The notes under the pieces were generated by a model. The model was given only the letters and a program-made list of their open reading frames with translations. It was not told where the DNA came from and did no database searches. A stretch of 64,000 nt of DNA from positions 23,677-87,676 of the forward strand of contig DATMBG010000015.1 of assembly GCA_035559535.1 (NCBI GenBank), in the 5' to 3' direction. The position numbers were made by a program, and so were the translations under genes. This DNA comes from Candidatus Limnocylindrales bacterium. Lineage in GTDB: Bacteria > Moduliflexota > Moduliflexia > Moduliflexales > JAUQPW01. Of this stretch, positions 27,750-37,313 are shown in pieces (the stretch's first letter is position 1; each line of letters starts with the position of its first letter).

Positions 27750-27778
27750 CCTACCCTTTGTTTTAAGGGTAGGTTTTG
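27750..27778 (+). terminator. rho-independent terminator of the che operon
   Basis: CCTACCCTT-tgtttt-AAGGGTAGG followed by TTTTG, 62 nt after the cheA stop. Confidence 0.7.
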
Positions 27779-28049
27779 TGGACCTAATCCCTCCGAACTT
27801 CCCTGGGAGGGAAGAAAGGAATCGGGCACAGGCGCCAGGTTAAGGCGCCTCCACCCGGTCCCCTCCCCCGTTTCATAGGGGAAGAAAGTTCGTTTCAAAG
27901 TTCCTTCCCCTGCAAAGCGAGGGAAGGTTAGCAGGGTAAACGTCTCGTTTGACATTAAGGAGACCCTCCTCAGATATCTTACGCTTATTCTAGCGCCTAT
28001 GCTCCCGCCTCCCCCCAATATCTTTCTAAGAATAGAGCCATAACTCCAA

Positions 28050-28210
28050 GTAACTGTAACCATTTAGTAGGGGCCACTTTTTTCTGTCTGAACACCTCCT
28101 GGCCCCCCCTCCAGGGGGGACTTCAGCAGTGGTCACCCCACGTCAATCCCCCCTGGAGGGGGAGGGCCAGGAGGTGTTTCTTTTTCCACCTACTAAATTG
28201 ATACGGATAC
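28050..28210. repeat. ~160-bp long-hairpin (MITE/REP-like) element, copy A
   Basis: GTAACTGTAACCATTTAGTAGG...GAACACCTCCTGGCCCCCCCTCCAGGGGG [29-nt loop 28119-28147] CCCCCCTGGAGGGGGAGGGCCAGGAGGTGTTTC...CCACCTACTAAATTGATACGGATAC. A second copy is at 61466-61624. No coding capacity. Confidence 0.85.
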
Positions 28211-28228
28211 TAACTCCGACAATTTCCC

Positions 28229-28257
28229 TTGACATAACCTAGTTTACCTATTAGAAT
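28229..28257 (+). promoter_or_regulatory. putative sigma70-type promoter of the 28363-32089(+) gene string
   Basis: TTGACA (28229-28234), 17 nt, TAGAAT (28252-28257). Confidence 0.5.
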
Positions 28258-28362
28258 CCACAGGGTAGACAGGCCCGATTGTCCTGGCTTTTTCTTTATT
28301 TATTTTTTTATTATAAAAAATTCTAAAACAACCTCCCGGCTTCATAAAGCGGTACTCTGAAT

Positions 28363-28575
28363 ATGAAATTTAAAGCCCTGGAGTTAACATGTCCTATCTG
28401 CAAGCGAGAGATGGGTCGCAACTGTGAAATAGTTTTACCGAAGTTGGAACGTTGGTTAATTCGCGTGATTAACAAAGATCATCCTGATTGGATTGAAGAA
28501 AAAGGGATATGTTCCAGATGTACGGAGTTTTATAGAGCCCGCTACGCGTATTGGATTAAACAAAACGACGCATGA
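28363..28575 (+). CDS. small zinc-ribbon-like protein (CxxC ... CxxC)
   Basis: 70 aa with CPIC at residues 10-13 and CSRC near residue 50. ATGA overlap with the downstream hydrolase gene. Confidence 0.55.
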   Translation: MKFKALELTCPICKREMGRNCEIVLPKLERWLIRVINKDHPDWIEEKGICSRCTEFYRARYAYWIKQNDA

Positions 28576-29654
28576 CTCCTGTTTTATTAAAAATTCTGAC
28601 CCGATCTATAGACCGGATCAAACTGACTCTATCCTCAAAAAAACGAAGCTCTATTCGCCACCAACCCTATACAAGGGATTATTCTCATTTAACCCGCCGA
28701 GAATACCTGGAGCATCCTGAATTATTTTACCGTAAACCCCCTCCGATTAATCAGGTGAGAATTTTAAGAACAGAGTTCATAAGAGGATTTAAGCGCTCGT
28801 ATCTTACCTTTCAGAGCCCTTATCAAACACCCTATTTAGAAAATAATACCGTTTATGGAATTTATACCACGGTCGACAGACCCGGTACAGCCGATTGGGT
28901 TTTAATTGTACTCCATGGATGGGGACGACCCCATTTCAGAATAGAAAAGAAAATGTGCCTTACCCTTGCCAGGCATGGGATTTCCTCCCTGTTACTTACC
29001 ATGCCCTATCATCAGGAGCGAGCTCCTGCCGGAAGTTGGAGTGGGGAATATATGATCAGTGGGGATGTAGTTCGAACGGCCGAATCCTTTCAACAAACCA
29101 TTGCCGAGGTTCAGGCCATTATCCCCTGGTTAAGACAAAAATTTCACCGGATAGGTATTTTCGGTATGAGTTTAGGTGGAATCATTGCCCATCTGGCCAT
29201 GGCGGTAGAGCCCTTTGATGCGGGAATTACTTTACTGGCCGGTGGAAATAGTGCAAAAATCGTCTGGGAGGGACAAATGACCCAGTATGTGCGTGAAGAT
29301 ATAGAACGGGCCGGAATTACATTGGAACAACTTGAGCTTATCTGGCTGGCTACAAATCCCACAAACTTAGCCCCTAAGAACCGGGTCAAAAATCTCCTCA
29401 TGATTAACGGGCAATTCGATGAGATTATACCGGTCTCCTATACCCTGGAACTCTGGGAGGCCCTGGGAAAACCCCCTATCAAATGGTACCCCTGCGCACA
29501 TTATAGCAGTTACTTCTTCTTAAAACGAATTCTCCGGGATGTCGTTGAATTTATCGCAACGATCCAGGAATCCGGGGTTAGAAGTCCATATACTCTGACC
29601 TTAAGTCCCTCCCGTGACAATAAAATAACTAATCCCTTGACACCGGAAATTTAG
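28572..29654 (+). CDS. alpha/beta hydrolase fold protein
   Basis: 360 aa. Nucleophile elbow GMSLGG, upstream HGWG oxyanion-type motif, later D and H candidates (NGQFDEIIP, CAHY). Confidence 0.7.
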   Translation: MTPVLLKILTRSIDRIKLTLSSKKRSSIRHQPYTRDYSHLTRREYLEHPELFYRKPPPINQVRILRTEFIRGFKRSYLTFQSPYQTPYLENNTVYGIYTTVDRPGTADWVLIVLHGWGRPHFRIEKKMCLTLARHGISSLLLTMPYHQERAPAGSWSGEYMISGDVVRTAESFQQTIAEVQAIIPWLRQKFHRIGIFGMSLGGIIAHLAMAVEPFDAGITLLAGGNSAKIVWEGQMTQYVREDIERAGITLEQLELIWLATNPTNLAPKNRVKNLLMINGQFDEIIPVSYTLELWEALGKPPIKWYPCAHYSSYFFLKRILRDVVEFIATIQESGVRSPYTLTLSPSRDNKITNPLTPEI

Positions 29655-29724
29655 ATAACCTAGTTTAATCAATAAAGATTTTCATGGTCGATTCGACTAA
29701 AGTTTGAAAAAAGGAGAGTTTTTC

Positions 29725-31110
29725 ATGTCTAAAAATGAAGATACCTTGAAGGAAGTAAGTTCCGTACGGGAGACAACGTCGTTAGAACTCGGATTGCAAG
29801 AATTAAAAAAGCAAATAACCAAAGAGTTGATGAAAATAACCGATATTGATGAAGAAAAACTGTCCGGATATATAAAATTTCTCGAAAATTTAGATGATAC
29901 CACTCTGGATAACTGGATCAAGGGATTAGTGACGGAATTAGAGGAAAGGGCTTTACCCTTTCTGGGTCTTCTGGGACGAAGCTCCCATATCCTACTCTCT
30001 CAAAAAGCTTTAAAATACCTGGGCTCTCTTCAATCCCAAAAATCTGTGGATATTCTTACACAAATTGCGGAAACCCACCCCGATAAAAAAGTTCGAAAAT
30101 CTGCCCGTACCAATTTATACCGACTTCAATCTGCCGGATTAGCCGTGAAAAGACCTCTAGACCCGGAAGTGGCCAAGAGCCGGGAGCGAAAGGTTAAGCA
30201 CAAACCTTATCAAGCCCTGATGAGTAACGTGGATGGAAGCGGTTCCCAGCTTATCATTGTGGCCCGGGAGATGTTTGCCGGGGATTTACATCTCTTACAG
30301 AGCGTAATCAACGAAGAAGAAGGTCTCAAAGAGTGTCATGCGATGCGGGGACTCACCAAGAAAAGTTTTGCTCGATTAATAGAGGGAATGATAGAAAGGA
30401 TGCGGCAAGAAGGTGCGCCGAACCTCACTCTGGTGGAAATAGATTATAATTATGGCATGCGCCTTATAGCGGAAGCGGAGAAACTTAATCAAACTCTGGG
30501 TACCGAAATATCCCCGGCTTATCTTTCGGTTAAAGAGCTCTTCCTGGAATCTGCAGATCTCACGGTACCTCCTCCTATTTATCAAAAACTCGATGCGGAA
30601 AAAATTAAATCTCAACCTCACCTGTTGCGTGGCTCTGCGGAACTTATTTCACATCCTCTCCTGGAGAGTTGGATTTTTGATATAGAGAAGATCAAAAGTT
30701 ATGTAGACGAATTGAAAAAACAAGAAGAAACGGTTTTAGAGCTAAGCCCCCAATTTATAAAAGAACGAGAGGAAGCCATCTTCGATCAGGCACTTTCGGC
30801 ATTGTTTGATGAGAAACACAAGCTCCTTTACAAAGAGAGATTGGAAAAGACGGCGTATATTCTCTTTACAAAGGGGGAAATCGAGGAAGCTAAAAAAGCC
30901 CTGGCTGCAGCCCTGGCGCTTGATCCTCAAAGCAGAGTTCCGGTTAAGAATCATCCCCTCATCGTCGAATTAGTCCACAGAAACATAACTTTTCTCAAAG
31001 AAGCCGAAGCCGGTGAGCTAACGGAAGAGGGTATAGAAAAATATTATGAAGAGAGGAAAAAAGCAAGAGAACAGAGTTCTTTGATCATCACGGATCTAGG
31101 TTTTCGATAA
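29725..31110 (+). CDS. hypothetical protein with HEAT-like and TPR-like helical repeats
   Basis: ATG 29725 behind AAAGGAGAG. HEAT-like LGSLQSQKSVDILTQIAETHPDKKVRKSARTNLYRL and a C-terminal TPR-like YILFTKGEIEEAKKALAAALALDP. No family recognised. Confidence 0.55.
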   Translation: MSKNEDTLKEVSSVRETTSLELGLQELKKQITKELMKITDIDEEKLSGYIKFLENLDDTTLDNWIKGLVTELEERALPFLGLLGRSSHILLSQKALKYLGSLQSQKSVDILTQIAETHPDKKVRKSARTNLYRLQSAGLAVKRPLDPEVAKSRERKVKHKPYQALMSNVDGSGSQLIIVAREMFAGDLHLLQSVINEEEGLKECHAMRGLTKKSFARLIEGMIERMRQEGAPNLTLVEIDYNYGMRLIAEAEKLNQTLGTEISPAYLSVKELFLESADLTVPPPIYQKLDAEKIKSQPHLLRGSAELISHPLLESWIFDIEKIKSYVDELKKQEETVLELSPQFIKEREEAIFDQALSALFDEKHKLLYKERLEKTAYILFTKGEIEEAKKALAAALALDPQSRVPVKNHPLIVELVHRNITFLKEAEAGELTEEGIEKYYEERKKAREQSSLIITDLGFR

Positions 31111-31135
31111 GTTCGAACAAATTTCTCAAGCCTTC

Positions 31136-32089
31136 ATGATTGAAAAACTTAAAGAAAAAATCATTACTTCAATTGTATTCGGGGCCTGTGTTTTCCTCAT
31201 CTTATCCTTATACGCCGATCTGGGTCAGATTAAGCTGGCAATCCCCCAGTTTAACTGGATTTATCTTCCGGCCATTATGATCCTGGCTTCTTCCAATTAC
31301 CTCATTCGGTTCATAAAATGGGATTATTATCTAAAGTTGATTCAAATAGATCTTTCCAAAAAGGAAAGTTTAATGATTTTTCTATCCGGATTAGTCATGT
31401 CAATTACGCCGGGTAAATTCGGGGAGGTTCTGAAATCCTACCTGCTTAAAGAAGTCCGGCGGATTCCAATCAGTTCCTCGGCACCTGTTGTTCTTGCCGA
31501 AAGGCTTACCGATCTTATCGCCCTTGTGCTTCTTTCCACCTTTGGGGTATTTACATTTCATTACGGAGGCTCCTTACTCCTCAGTTCGGCCCTTGTAATC
31601 TTTGGGTCGGTTATGATAATTAGCTCTCGAGCCTTATCTATGCGGATGATCCGGCTCTTTGATAAGATTCCATTTTTCTCTAAGCATACCCAGAAGGTCT
31701 ATAATTCCTACCAAAGGATGTACCAACTGGTAACTCTTAAGCCTCTTTTAATTGCAATTCCTTTGAGCCTTTTAGCCTGGCTGTCAGAAAGTATAGGGTT
31801 TTCTTTAATTTTAAAAGGATTTTCTTTTCCTTTACCCTTGAAGCAGTCGATCTTTATCTACGCCTTTTCAATTATAGCAGGAGCTGTAACTATGTTACCT
31901 GGAGGGATTGGGGTAACTGAAGGAAGTATGGCAGGTTTGCTGATTTTGGTTGCTAAAATACCCAAATCCATTGCCGTGGTTGCCACTTTGATTTTGAGGA
32001 TATGTACACTCTGGTTTGCTGTTATGATAGGTGCTTTAAGCCTTCGCTACCTGCAGGGTAAGTTCCTTGTTCCCCCAATTGAAACATGA
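31136..32089 (+). CDS. UPF0104 / lysyl-PG synthase TM-region (flippase-like) family membrane protein
   Basis: 317 aa, about 8 hydrophobic helices. Family-typical RFIKWDYYL and ITPGKFGEVLKSYLLK motifs. ATGA overlap with hom. Confidence 0.6.
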   Translation: MIEKLKEKIITSIVFGACVFLILSLYADLGQIKLAIPQFNWIYLPAIMILASSNYLIRFIKWDYYLKLIQIDLSKKESLMIFLSGLVMSITPGKFGEVLKSYLLKEVRRIPISSSAPVVLAERLTDLIALVLLSTFGVFTFHYGGSLLLSSALVIFGSVMIISSRALSMRMIRLFDKIPFFSKHTQKVYNSYQRMYQLVTLKPLLIAIPLSLLAWLSESIGFSLILKGFSFPLPLKQSIFIYAFSIIAGAVTMLPGGIGVTEGSMAGLLILVAKIPKSIAVVATLILRICTLWFAVMIGALSLRYLQGKFLVPPIET

Positions 32090-33426
32090 GAGAGATTAAA
32101 GTTGGATTAATCGGTCTGGGAACCGTAGGTGCCGGAGTGGTTAAGGTTTTACAGGAGAATAGCGATCTTATAGCCTGTCGGCTTGGGGCCAGGATTAAGC
32201 TGGGTAAAATTGCCGTGCGTGATCTTTCAGCCCCTCGACGGGTTAAAGTAGATCCTTCCCTTTTAACCCAAAATGTTCGGGATATCCTGGAGGACCCGGA
32301 GATACAGATCGTGATCGAACTCATAGGTGGCTATGAACCGGCTAAAAGTTTTATCCTCTCTGCCGTGAAAGCAGGTAAACATATCGTGACTGCCAACAAA
32401 GCCCTCCTTGCCGAAAGTGGGGGGGAGATTTTTCGCATGGCGGAAGAAATGGGAGTTGATATTGGATTTGAAGCGAGTGTAGGAGGTGGAATCCCGATCA
32501 TACGCTCCCTCCGAGAAGGTTTCAGTGCCAACCATATTGAAGAAATCTTCGGGATTATAAACGGAACAGCGAATTATATTCTTACCGAGATGACCGAAAA
32601 GAAGGAAGATTTCCAGGTGGTTTTGAGAAAAGCTCAAGAAATGGGTTTGGCGGAAGCAGACCCTACGCTGGATATCGAGGGAATTGATGCGGCCAGCAAA
32701 ATAGCCATTCTAACTTATCTGGCCTTTGGCGTAGAGGTTAAGCTGGATCAGATTTATACAGAGGGAATCTCCGGGATAACTCCGATGGATATCGACTATG
32801 CCGCAAACTTTGGTTACAAGATCAAGTTACTGGCCATTGCCAAAAGGGTTCAGGATGCCCTGGAAGTTCGGGTTCACCCGACGATGCTTTCCTACGATAA
32901 TCCTCTGGCCAAAGTAGAGGGTGCTTTCAACGCCATCTATGTAAAAGGCGATGCCGTGGGGCCTTCCTTGCTTTACGGAAAGGGGGCCGGTATGATGCCA
33001 ACCGCCAGTGCCGTAGTAGGAGATATTATCGAAATCGGTCGAAATATTCTAAAAGGTATTCATAATCGGGTTCCACTTTGGATGGATCGGGAATCGGGTA
33101 CGGGAGATTGTAAATTCATGAAATATCCAATCCGACAACCCGACGAGTTTTCGTCCCGCTATTACCTTCGATTCACTGTGGTAGACCGCCCGGGGGTTCT
33201 CTCCAAGATTTCAGGGGTTTTAGGAAACTACGGAATCAGTATTGCATCGGTCCTTCAAAAAGAGCGCCACCCAGTAGACAGTGTCCCGGTGGTTATACTG
33301 ACCCATACGGCTTTTGAGCGAGATGTAAAAAAAGCTTTATCGGAGATTGATAATCTCCCGGTTGTTAGGGGGAAAACCGTTTTAATTCGTGTTGAACAAG
33401 AGGATGAGACGGGGACTGGAAATTAG
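32086..33426 (+). CDS. hom: homoserine dehydrogenase (with C-terminal ACT domain)
   Basis: [16 protein letters not shown] motif, the conserved [11 protein letters not shown] and NGTANYILT blocks, and an ACT-like tail. Confidence 0.93.
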   Translation: MREIKVGLIGLGTVGAGVVKVLQENSDLIACRLGARIKLGKIAVRDLSAPRRVKVDPSLLTQNVRDILEDPEIQIVIELIGGYEPAKSFILSAVKAGKHIVTANKALLAESGGEIFRMAEEMGVDIGFEASVGGGIPIIRSLREGFSANHIEEIFGIINGTANYILTEMTEKKEDFQVVLRKAQEMGLAEADPTLDIEGIDAASKIAILTYLAFGVEVKLDQIYTEGISGITPMDIDYAANFGYKIKLLAIAKRVQDALEVRVHPTMLSYDNPLAKVEGAFNAIYVKGDAVGPSLLYGKGAGMMPTASAVVGDIIEIGRNILKGIHNRVPLWMDRESGTGDCKFMKYPIRQPDEFSSRYYLRFTVVDRPGVLSKISGVLGNYGISIASVLQKERHPVDSVPVVILTHTAFERDVKKALSEIDNLPVVRGKTVLIRVEQEDETGTGN

Positions 33427-33461
33427 AGGTTGATAAGAAGTTTCCGGTCTCCATCAGGGAT

Positions 33462-34520
33462 ATGGCCTGGAAAGGTATCATCCATAAATACCGAGAGTTT
33501 TTACCGATTACCGATAAAACCCCTATTATAACCCTTCTGGAAGGGAATACTCCCTTGATCCGGGCGGAGAATCTCAAGGACGTTTTCGGTCAAGACATAG
33601 AAGTTTATCTGAAGTATGAGGGGCTTAATCCTACCGGATCCTTTAAAGATCGAGGTATGACCGTAGCGATCAGTAAAGCAAGAGAAGAAGGGGCCCGAGC
33701 GGTGATCTGTGCTTCGACCGGTAATACCTCTGCTTCGGCTGCGGCCTATGCTGCACGGGCCGGGATCCCGGCCTATGTACTCATTCCCAAGGGAGCCATC
33801 GCTCTGGGCAAACTTTCCCAGGCCATGATGCATGGGGCTAAGGTTCTGGCCGTAGACGGAAACTTTGATCAGGCCCTGAGTATGGTCCGGTATATTGCCG
33901 AAAATTATCCGGTCAACCTGGTGAATTCCATTAACCCCCTGCGACTTGAAGGACAGAAAACCGGTGCCTTTGAGATCTGTGAACAGCTGGGTGGAAGGGC
34001 TCCGGATTATCAGGCTATACCGGTAGGCAATGCCGGGAATATTACCGCCTACTGGCAAGGGTACAAGGAGTACAAGGCCCAGAACCTGATTTCGGAAACT
34101 CCCCGTATGATTGGATTTCAAGCCGAAGGGGCGGCTCCTATCGTGAGAGGCCATGTAATCGAGGATCCCCATACCATTGCAACTGCTATAAAAATAGGGA
34201 ATCCCGCAAGCTGGAAAAAAGCCGAGAATGCCGTTCGAGAATCTCAGGGGACTATCGATATGGTCAGCGACGAGGAAATACTCCAGGCCTATAAACTCCT
34301 GGCCCAGAGGGAGGGGATTTTTGTAGAACCTGCCTCCGCCGCATCGGTCGCCGGAGTTATTAAATTTAGCAAACAAGGAAAGTTCAAAAAAGGTGATGTT
34401 ATTGTCTGTATTTTAACCGGACACGGCCTCAAGGACCCGGATAGGGCCATCCAAATGGCACCCGAACCTATTACCGTCCCACCCGATGAAAAGGAAGTGG
34501 CTAAATGCCTGGGATTTTGA
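33462..34520 (+). CDS. thrC: threonine synthase
   Basis: 352 aa. PLP lysine motif [10 protein letters not shown] plus the [12 protein letters not shown] and GNAGN blocks. Confidence 0.93.
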   Translation: MAWKGIIHKYREFLPITDKTPIITLLEGNTPLIRAENLKDVFGQDIEVYLKYEGLNPTGSFKDRGMTVAISKAREEGARAVICASTGNTSASAAAYAARAGIPAYVLIPKGAIALGKLSQAMMHGAKVLAVDGNFDQALSMVRYIAENYPVNLVNSINPLRLEGQKTGAFEICEQLGGRAPDYQAIPVGNAGNITAYWQGYKEYKAQNLISETPRMIGFQAEGAAPIVRGHVIEDPHTIATAIKIGNPASWKKAENAVRESQGTIDMVSDEEILQAYKLLAQREGIFVEPASAASVAGVIKFSKQGKFKKGDVIVCILTGHGLKDPDRAIQMAPEPITVPPDEKEVAKCLGF

Positions 34521-34530
34521 AAAATCAGGA

Positions 34531-35355
34531 ATGGATTCGGTTATTCAATTCTATCATACCCATCCCATCAATGAAGACCAGATCCTCCAAACCCTGCAGG
34601 AAAAAGGGATTAACCTGGATAACTTAACCGAAGAGACGCTGAAGGACTATGATCAGGACCATTATGGTGGCGTGGAAGCCGTAGATATTCTGGCTCAGAA
34701 GGCCGGTATCCACTCATCCAGCTATGTTCTGGATGTTTGCAGCGGTATGGGTGGTCCTGCACGGTATCTGGCTCATCGATATGGATGTCGCGTGGTCGGT
34801 TTAGACCTTACCGAAAGTCGTTACCAGGGAGCTATTCGATTAACAAAACTCGTTAAATTAGATCATCTGGTTGAATTTAGATTAGGAAACGCCCTGGAAA
34901 TGCCGTTTCCAGAGGATACTTTCCATGTAGTCATCGGTCAGGAAGCCTGGTTCCATGTTCCCAATAAGCCCAAATTAATCCAAGAATGCGCACGGGTTTT
35001 AAAGAAAGGGGGTACGATTGCCTTTACAGACATTTTACAGGTAAGTTCCCGGTATGAATCTGAGTTGGAAAAACTTCAACAGCAAATGCCCTTTCCCTAC
35101 CTGGAAACCCTGGAAGGATACGCACAACTCCTGGAAAAAAATAAATTCTTGATCCTGGAAAAGGAAAACCTCAGCCAGCTCTGGACGAACCTCCTGCAAA
35201 ATCGGCTGGAAATGTATCGGAACCTGAAAGATAAAACCATCCAAAAGTTCGGAGAGGAACATTACCGAAAATGGGATGAAACTTATAACCTCTTTGTATC
35301 TTTATTTAAAGAAGGAAAACTGGGAGGAGGAAGATTTATCGCGAAGAAGATTTAA
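34531..35355 (+). CDS. class I SAM-dependent methyltransferase
   Basis: Motif I LDVCSGMGGPARYLA and post-I VVGLDLT. Start moved to ATG 34531 (MDSVIQF) to remove the overlap with thrC. Confidence 0.75.
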   Translation: MDSVIQFYHTHPINEDQILQTLQEKGINLDNLTEETLKDYDQDHYGGVEAVDILAQKAGIHSSSYVLDVCSGMGGPARYLAHRYGCRVVGLDLTESRYQGAIRLTKLVKLDHLVEFRLGNALEMPFPEDTFHVVIGQEAWFHVPNKPKLIQECARVLKKGGTIAFTDILQVSSRYESELEKLQQQMPFPYLETLEGYAQLLEKNKFLILEKENLSQLWTNLLQNRLEMYRNLKDKTIQKFGEEHYRKWDETYNLFVSLFKEGKLGGGRFIAKKI

Positions 35356-35442
35356 GAAAGAAAATACAGGCCGGTACCTTAATCCCTGGGTCCAGGAATC
35401 AAATAACTTGTCAGAAAGTTCCCAACCTCCTACCTTATAAGT

Positions 35443-36309
35443 ATGGCAGATATAAAAAAGCGACTACCCGGGAATGTACCCGGTGAATTTTTTGTAGACT
35501 CTACCTGTATTGATTGCGATACCTGCCGACAGTTAGCTCCTGAAACCTTTGAGGATTCGGGAGATTACTCGGTGGTTTATGCGCAGCCGGAGACAGAAGC
35601 AGCAAGACGAAAGGCTATCCGGGCCTTACTCGCCTGTCCGACAGGCTCCATTGGAACTCTCCACGAAATCCATACCCGAGAAGTCAGAGAGGATTTTCCC
35701 CTTCCCCTGGAAGACGGAGTTTATTATACCGGATTTAACTCTCCGAAATCCTATGGAGGGAACAGTTATTTTGTCCAGCATTCTCAAGGAAACTGGCTGA
35801 TAGACTCTCCCAAGTATCTTCCCCATTTGATCAAGAAATTCGAAGCGTTGGGTGGAATCAAGTATATTTTTTTGACCCACCGGGATGATGTCGCCGAAGC
35901 AGACCGATATGCTAAAAAATTCAATAGCCGTCGGATTATCCACCGGGCGGATTTATCTGCACAGCCGGATGCCGAGATCATCATCGAAGGCTATGAAGCG
36001 ATAGAATTTTCTCCAGAGTTTTGGATCATTCCAACCCCAGGTCATACCCGGGGTCATTCTGTGATGTTGTATAAGAATCGGTTTTTATTCACCGGGGACC
36101 ATCTCTGGTGGAGTCGAAACTCCCAACGGTTACATGCTTCTAAAGGAGTCTGCTGGTATTCCTGGACCGAACAGACCAAGTCCATGGCAAAATTACAAAA
36201 TTTTACTTTTGAGTGGGTACTGCCGGGTCACGGTCAGCAAATCAAGCTGGCTAAGGATGTGATGAAGCAAGAGTTGGAAGCCCTGGTGAAACGGATGCAG
36301 GTTTTCTAG
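35443..36309 (+). CDS. MBL-fold metallo-hydrolase with N-terminal ferredoxin-like Cys cluster
   Basis: N-terminal CIDCDTCRQLAP (4Fe-4S-type spacing). MBL-like THRDDV, PGHTRGH and GDH motifs. Confidence 0.7.
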   Translation: MADIKKRLPGNVPGEFFVDSTCIDCDTCRQLAPETFEDSGDYSVVYAQPETEAARRKAIRALLACPTGSIGTLHEIHTREVREDFPLPLEDGVYYTGFNSPKSYGGNSYFVQHSQGNWLIDSPKYLPHLIKKFEALGGIKYIFLTHRDDVAEADRYAKKFNSRRIIHRADLSAQPDAEIIIEGYEAIEFSPEFWIIPTPGHTRGHSVMLYKNRFLFTGDHLWWSRNSQRLHASKGVCWYSWTEQTKSMAKLQNFTFEWVLPGHGQQIKLAKDVMKQELEALVKRMQVF

Positions 36310-36332
36310 AATAAGGAAAGATAAAAAAGAAG

Positions 36333-36355
36333 GGGAGGTGGATACCTCCCTTTTT
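36333..36355. terminator. bidirectional hairpin terminator between convergent genes
   Basis: GGGAGGT-ggat-ACCTCCC followed by TTTTT on the plus strand and by a T-rich tract on the minus strand. It lies between the MBL gene stop (36309) and the reductase stop (36355). Confidence 0.65.
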
Positions 36356-37281
36356 CACCAGTATTCTTCAAAGTGAATGTTCCCCTTCACCTTTTTATAA
36401 TCGGCCTGGAATCCTCGCTTCTCAAGGACTTCGATAACGCCTCGAGGCTCCGGATAGATTTTTTTCCCATTTTCATATTTAGGAATTCCGATCATAGCCG
36501 GATTCCCACAAAGAAAAACGTGGGTTCTTTGAGGATCCAGAGGTTTACCGAGATGTTCTTCCAATTCACCGGAATCTATAAAATCTTGAATATAAACTTT
36601 CTTGCCTTTGTTTTTGGGTTCCCGGGTCGTTAAAGTAATATAGTGATAATTTTTGTATTTTTGAGCCAATTTCTCATGAATGGCTTTGTAGGCGTGATCC
36701 CTTTCATAACGATTACAGACGATAGAAGTGATGGTGCCCTTATGCCCTCTTCTCAGGAGCTCCCAAATCATGGGGTTATGGGGAGCCTCTCCGGTGCCGG
36801 TAGCTCCAAAAATCACATCATCTTCCTCCTTTATGGGATCTAATACGTAGTTTCCCGTTACCTTATCGCCTATAAAGAGGCGATCTCCCGGCTTTAAGAG
36901 AAAAAGGCGAGGGGTCAAAGCAGGGGCTTCCTCGCTGCCCGGTCTCTCTTTGACAAGAACCACATAGAATTCATTGAAGTTAACCTTTTCGGGCTCTATC
37001 AAATTTTCACCGGATTCATCCACGACAGGATGTGAAAAGGAGAGGGCACGCCGGATCAGCTTCGACTCCATTCCCGGTTTTAAGATTTCTTTTTGAGTTC
37101 CCTCTCGTCTCGGTTCCCAGTAACCCAGTCCCAAGGTGGTATACTGCCCTGGTTTAAAATGTAAAACACCTTTATCCGGCCTGATCCGAATGACCCAAAG
37201 CTCTGGATGTTCTTCTCGAATATGCACGATAGTCCCATTGTAGTACTGTGCTCGTAAGGCATCCAGGTCAAGTTTTGCCAT
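36355..37281 (-). CDS. ferredoxin--NADP(+) reductase (plant-type FNR family)
   Basis: 308 aa. FAD-binding RALSFS-type motif, NADP-binding GATGTGEAP, C-terminal ...HFEEYW. Confidence 0.8.
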   Translation of the reverse strand: MAKLDLDALRAQYYNGTIVHIREEHPELWVIRIRPDKGVLHFKPGQYTTLGLGYWEPRREGTQKEILKPGMESKLIRRALSFSHPVVDESGENLIEPEKVNFNEFYVVLVKERPGSEEAPALTPRLFLLKPGDRLFIGDKVTGNYVLDPIKEEDDVIFGATGTGEAPHNPMIWELLRRGHKGTITSIVCNRYERDHAYKAIHEKLAQKYKNYHYITLTTREPKNKGKKVYIQDFIDSGELEEHLGKPLDPQRTHVFLCGNPAMIGIPKYENGKKIYPEPRGVIEVLEKRGFQADYKKVKGNIHFEEYW

Positions 37282-37313
37282 GGTACTCTCCTCTTGGTTC
37301 GAAAGTTCCTTCA

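Noticed and set aside
27659-28063. 134-aa minus ORF starting inside hairpin element copy A; analogous 79-aa ORF 61395-61634 in copy B
   Set aside because: Both start within the repeat (the 134-aa one begins MVTVT) and translate hairpin DNA. The first also overlaps the cheA 3' end. There is no SD and no homology between their non-repeat parts.
28493-28720. 75-aa ORF overlapping the zinc-ribbon and hydrolase genes; also 28895-29218 and 29144-29401
   Set aside because: These are alternative frames of better-supported genes, and no motifs were found.
33501-34376. 291-aa ORF antisense to thrC
   Set aside because: It lies entirely inside and opposite the well-supported threonine synthase gene. 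Its composition is Gly/Arg/Ser/Pro-rich with no motifs or SD, which is typical of a shadow ORF.
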